Assembly (NCBI RefSeq): GCF_009914755.1
Contig: NC_060940.1
DNA length: 64,000 nt
DNA from: the human T2T-CHM13v2.0 reference genome, Homo sapiens
Reading direction: 5' to 3' (one strand)
The notes under the pieces were generated by a model, which ran no database searches, had not been told where the DNA came from, and worked only from the letters and a program-made list of their open reading frames with translations. The position numbers and the translations under genes are program-made. This document shows positions 58,288 to 64,000 of this stretch, piece by piece; positions within the stretch are counted from its first letter, which is position 1; each line of letters starts with the position of its first letter.

Positions 58288-59750
58288 AATGCCAGAATAG
58301 TTAATGAGCACATGCAAAACTAAGAATTACAGGGCAACTTACTGGTTTATAGCATGAAATATTTCCAGAATAAAACAGGTCAAGATTTTACTGCCTAATA
58401 ATTGCATCTTCAATATTCTATAACCAGATTCTCTCTTATTAATTTTGTTAACTATCATAAGACTAGTTTAGAATAATGGCTTCATGTATATACACTCATG
58501 ATATTTTATTCTTATACCAAAATATATTTATTGTTGGCTTCCTTTTGCCAGCACGAACATCGTCTCTTTTCCACTAACAAATACCAATATGTTCGTGTCT
58601 TCGTTCATGTTATCACTTTGCTTGTTACCTAGCTTGCTCTAAATAAGATGAGAAAAATAATTGTAGTGAAGAAGAACCTTAGATAAAAGGAATCAGAATT
58701 TAGAGCTTAAAGTTTTTTTTAGATTTATATGTTGAAGTGAGCCTTGCGGCAAAGCAGATTAAATTGATCAATATGGATGTTGAAGATTTCGGCAGAAAAA
58801 TTGTTGAGGAACTCAACTTTCAATATATGGCTCAGTGGGATGGAAGTGGAAGGAATTCTCTTCTTTCTGGTTCCCAGGGTTTTCAAAATTTTGGAGCATC
58901 TAGAGATCTCATTCGGATACGATCAGAGCCACTCTCACAATCAGCAGTTATTGCTCCTCAAGTGGTTTTATAGCCAGCAAATGTAGGCAACTGGCAAACA
59001 GAAGTAATTTTTAAAAGATAGAATTGACACTATCTTCAATATACTTGAGAGACTTGTTGAATGTCACATGCATGGAACCACTTTGATGACTCTCAGGGTT
59101 AACTAAGAGTGGAAGGAAAAAAAAAGTTAGGGAATACAAAGGTAGATGAGAAGTCTTGCTCCTATATCAATAAGGGCAGCTAGACCAGAATGTGCCTATC
59201 ATGTGGGGAAAGAAACAGAAAACACCTATTTAGGAGAACACACTTTTTCCTGTCATTTTCTATATCGACTTGCACAGAGACTTGCCTCTCCCCAGCTAAT
59301 ATTGCTTAAAGTCACTCACTGTTACTTTATTATTCTTTTTGTTTTTTGGTAAGTTTAATCAAGGTGTCTTCTCTTAGTACTGTTCCAAAGATAGAGGCAG
59401 AAGAGCACAGCGGTTCAGGGTGCAGGTTTCAAATACCAGTAGGAATTGTGGCCTACCATTCACTTACTAGTTTTGTGAAAAATTTGACTAGTTTTTTTAT
59501 ATTTTTATTTTTTACCATTACATTGTTGAGGCTTCTTATTGATACACTGGTATGATACCAAGGTGGCATCTTCTTACTGGTAAACTGATATCATACCAAT
59601 GCAGTATTTAATATAGTAACATGTTTAAAATGCTAATTTGAGTCATTGGTAAACAGCAATAACTCACAAAATGTTAAGCATTATGGTCTTTATTATAAAC
59701 AGGGCTCGATTTTCATCGCATTTTTCATCAAGAATACTTATTTTTACATC

Positions 59751-59785
<35 letters not shown>

Positions 59786-59843
59786 TTGAGGCAGAGTCTT
59801 ACTCTGTCCCCAGGCCGGAGTCCAGTGGTGTGATCTTGGCTCA
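59751..59843 (-). mobile_element. Alu 3' fragment with (ATT)n tail
   Basis: (TAT)n + GAGGCAGAGTCTTACTCTGT...GATCTTGGCTCA. Confidence 0.85.
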
Positions 59844-61379
59844 TGTTATTTGGGTTACTATAAACCCATGTTATTTGGGTTACTATAAACTTGTAGTATA
59901 ATTTGAAGTCTTTCTTTTGGAACTTTCTTAAACTTTTCAGATCTTTGTTCACGTTACCCATCTGCTCTTACATGTTTCCTAATTTCCCTTACGGCCTTTC
60001 ATATATTATCCACAGGCTATTTCAACATCTGTATCATTTCTAAATGTGACATTGATATTCACTTTGTCTCTTTATACTGTATTTCTTCTTGTCTTTTCAT
60101 CGTCTTAAATTTTTGGTTGAAAACCTGGTGTAATCTACAGGGTAACAAGAACACAGATGAAGGCCTTTACATTTTAATCTGGCTGCGGTTGAGCTATGTT
60201 TAATGATTTCTGTAGCTGTAGGTATCAATTGCTTCAAATTTGTTTGGTGTTTTTAATTTTACCTCCTTCTTAATCAGATTCAGGACCTCTCAGTCCTTCT
60301 AGCTATAATCCACCGTTATAATACTGGATCCCCGATGATACGGTGCTAAGATTTAGAGAGGAGATTAATCCTATAGCCTTTAATTAAATCTCAGTCTTTT
60401 GGTGGGCATGTGTCTTGGCAACACACATCATAAGCATCTTTTCCCTTGCCTCTTAGGTGATATAGGAAAGCTAGAGGGAACTGAAGCTGGGTACATATCC
60501 TTTCACTCTAAGATAAGACTCTGGAAAATTCTTTTATTCTGGGTACTGAGACTTTATTGCAGAGAATATCATGGACATATTTCAAAATGGATATTTTTAC
60601 CTTTCCCTGATACAGCCATGAGTGGACCTTGTTTGGCTCTTTGCTGTGAGAAACTATGGTGTTTTCGGGATATACACTGCATAAAAAGTGTGGAGACCTC
60701 GACTACTGTGGTCCTAAAGAGATGGTAATTCTTATGCTAGTCTGCATTCAGCTTTCAGCAATTTTTTAGAAAATTACCATTTAAATGCTTTTATTATTTC
60801 ATGGCTCCAGTAGCTTCTGCTCAAGGTAAGAATAACTTTGTTGTGATTATATCTATTTTCCTGTCACTCCAGATTTCCTGAGGGTGGCTTGCCCTACCTC
60901 ATTTATTTGATGAGTTAGTTTATTCTGCTTTTGTATCCTTGCAAGGATGATAGAAATGGCTTTATATGGAGCTGAAACCATAACGCTTTGCTTCATTTTT
61001 GAAAAATTATATTGCTCAATGTAAAATTATTAGTTGATTATTTTTAACTTTCAGCCCTTTGAACATGTTGTCCCACTACTTTCTGCTCTCCATTGTTTTT
61101 GATGATCTTATCGAGTTCCCCTTGTACATGATACGTTTTTTACTGTTTGTTTTTCCCGCTTTCAAGATTTTATGTTTGTCTTTATAGCTTCACTAACTGA
61201 ATATGATGTCTCCCCATGTGGGTCTCTTTCACTCTATCCTACCTAGAATTTGTTGAGCTTCTAGGATATGTACTTTAATGTTTTTAAAAATCAAATTTGT
61301 GACGTTTCTGCCAATATTCCTTTGGATATTTTTCTTCCTTTTTCTATCTCTTCTCTTTTCCTAATATTTTTATTATGGT

Positions 61380-62394
<1,015 letters not shown>

Positions 62395-62692
62395 TGGTGT
62401 CCCATATTTCTCAGAGACTGTTTATTCCCCTCCTCCTAGTCTTTATTCTATTCTCTTAATCTTTATAGACATTAATCTCAGTTTTGGCATCTAGAATTTT
62501 CTCACTAGAATATTATATCCATATCACTTTAAACTTGTTTTATTGAAAACAAGATTCCTCATTTCCTGAGAGTCCTAAATACGGAGGATGCCTCAGAAAA
62601 TCGTGCTTCCTGGGTTTATATCTTCAGGTTACTTAAAAGTTTGCAAGTTCTCCATGAAGAACAGTGTTCATGAGAAATCTGGTGTTGTGCCA

Positions 62693-62734
62693 CTGTTGTT
62701 GCTGTTGCTGCTGTTGCTGCTGTTGTTGCTGCTG
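62693..62734. repeat. Mixed (CTG/TTG)14 trinucleotide repeat (CAG/CAA on minus)
   Basis: 14 consecutive YTG triplets. Confidence 0.95.
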
Positions 62735-64000
62735 ATGCTCCAAGAGTTGTGGCATGCATCTTATTTAGATTATTTTTACTTGTCTGAATTCACCCTATTT
62801 CAAAATTATTTTATTCAAATGGATAGGAGAACTTTACATGCTAAATAAAATTATGTGTATTCAAAATATTTTTTATTTTACTTCCAAAATGCTTTATAAA
62901 TTATTGTTAAATCTTATTCTTCTGGTGCAAGCAGTTTGTGACCCCATCCCACTTTGCGACTAGCTGACTCATGCTTTTCACTTATTATCTGCAGTCCCAC
63001 ATTCTGAGAAGTCTTCTGATATCCCTCAAGACTAAATTTGATATGCCTTTCTGTTATCTCCAAACTCATGTGATTGCCTTGTGCTTTTCTTTCCAATTAT
63101 TTCTTCTATTTCAGTTGATGAGTCCAAACCTCATAACTTCTCTCTCTCTTCACATCTTTCTACAGATTGGTTTGAGGATGACAGGGTTAAGCCAAGTCAG
63201 ATAAATGAGTAAATAAGAGATGCTGGAGTTTCTGAGCAGGGAAAAGAACTTCCTCTTTTGAAATAAATAAAATATTCAGTAGGATCCAGGCTTGCTGTGT
63301 GCACCACACATGTACAGGGAAACTCATGGCTCCTATTGTTATTAATAACCATATTATAAACATGAGAGAAGACCAGCCAAATAATTAAATAGCTATTCTA
63401 AGAGTAAAAAGCTCTAAGGAACCTAGAACTTTGAAGAAACGTCAAATCATTTTTTTCACTTCCCCTGAAGCCTGTACATCTCTGAATGTCTTCATAAATA
63501 TACTTGGTTATTCAATTATTTGGTTTGGATTTGGTGACACTTATATCTGGAAAAAATATCAAATGATCAAGTTCCCTTACAGGAGTATCATTATTTATTT
63601 CAATTTATGTATATCTTTTTCTCCCAGTATGTTGAAGCTTTTTTGAAGATAGGTATTAAGTCTAGTATAGCTTCCTAATGCCAAAGCCTGGTTATAGAGT
63701 CTAGCAAAAAGTCCTATCTCAATATATATAAATTTGTGTTTTGCCTATACTTGTAGAGATCTAAATTGTGACTCAGAAATATTAACTAACTTCCCAAATA
63801 TCACATAACTCAAAAGCACCGGTCACCAATGTAGTGGTAGTCTCATCTTACCTAAATAACTTTTTTCTGCATTGTGAAATTTTACTTTCTAACTCTGTCT
63901 GTGATACTATAACATTTGTGTGCAGCTTTTCTCTGCACCATAATACTGATCTCATACCCTGAATATCTAGTATGTAGTCTACAATAAATAATAACAAATG

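Noticed and set aside
58737-58986. Plus-strand 78-aa/69-aa ORFs as coding exons
   Set aside because: No recognisable homology and no convincing flanking splice sites.
59545-59601. ~13-bp inverted repeat (TGGTATGATA/TATCATACCA)
   Set aside because: Short stem with a large loop; within chance expectation.

Overview
AT-rich, repeat-dense primate (most likely human) genomic DNA with no recognisable host protein-coding exon; it reads as intergenic or large-intron sequence. The main feature is a full-length L1PA2-type LINE-1 (46135-52155, 14-bp TSD) with uninterrupted ORF1 (338 aa) and ORF2 (1275 aa), but with substitutions in motifs needed for mobility (ORF1 REKG->REEG; ORF2 zinc-knuckle C1147W). 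Also present: an RPS15A processed pseudogene, an orphan ~270-bp poly(A)+TSD retrocopy, solo LTRs (MST/THE1, MLT1, LTR13, LTR16, MLT2A, MER50), a rearranged HSMAR2 mariner, about a dozen Alus, and old L1/L2/MIR/hAT remnants. The least explained structure is a recurrent set of short local duplications (direct, inverted and tandem) and fold-back hairpins that look like template-switch or repair scars. I found no convincing novel multi-gene system. Repeat subfamily names come from recalled consensus sequences, not a database search.
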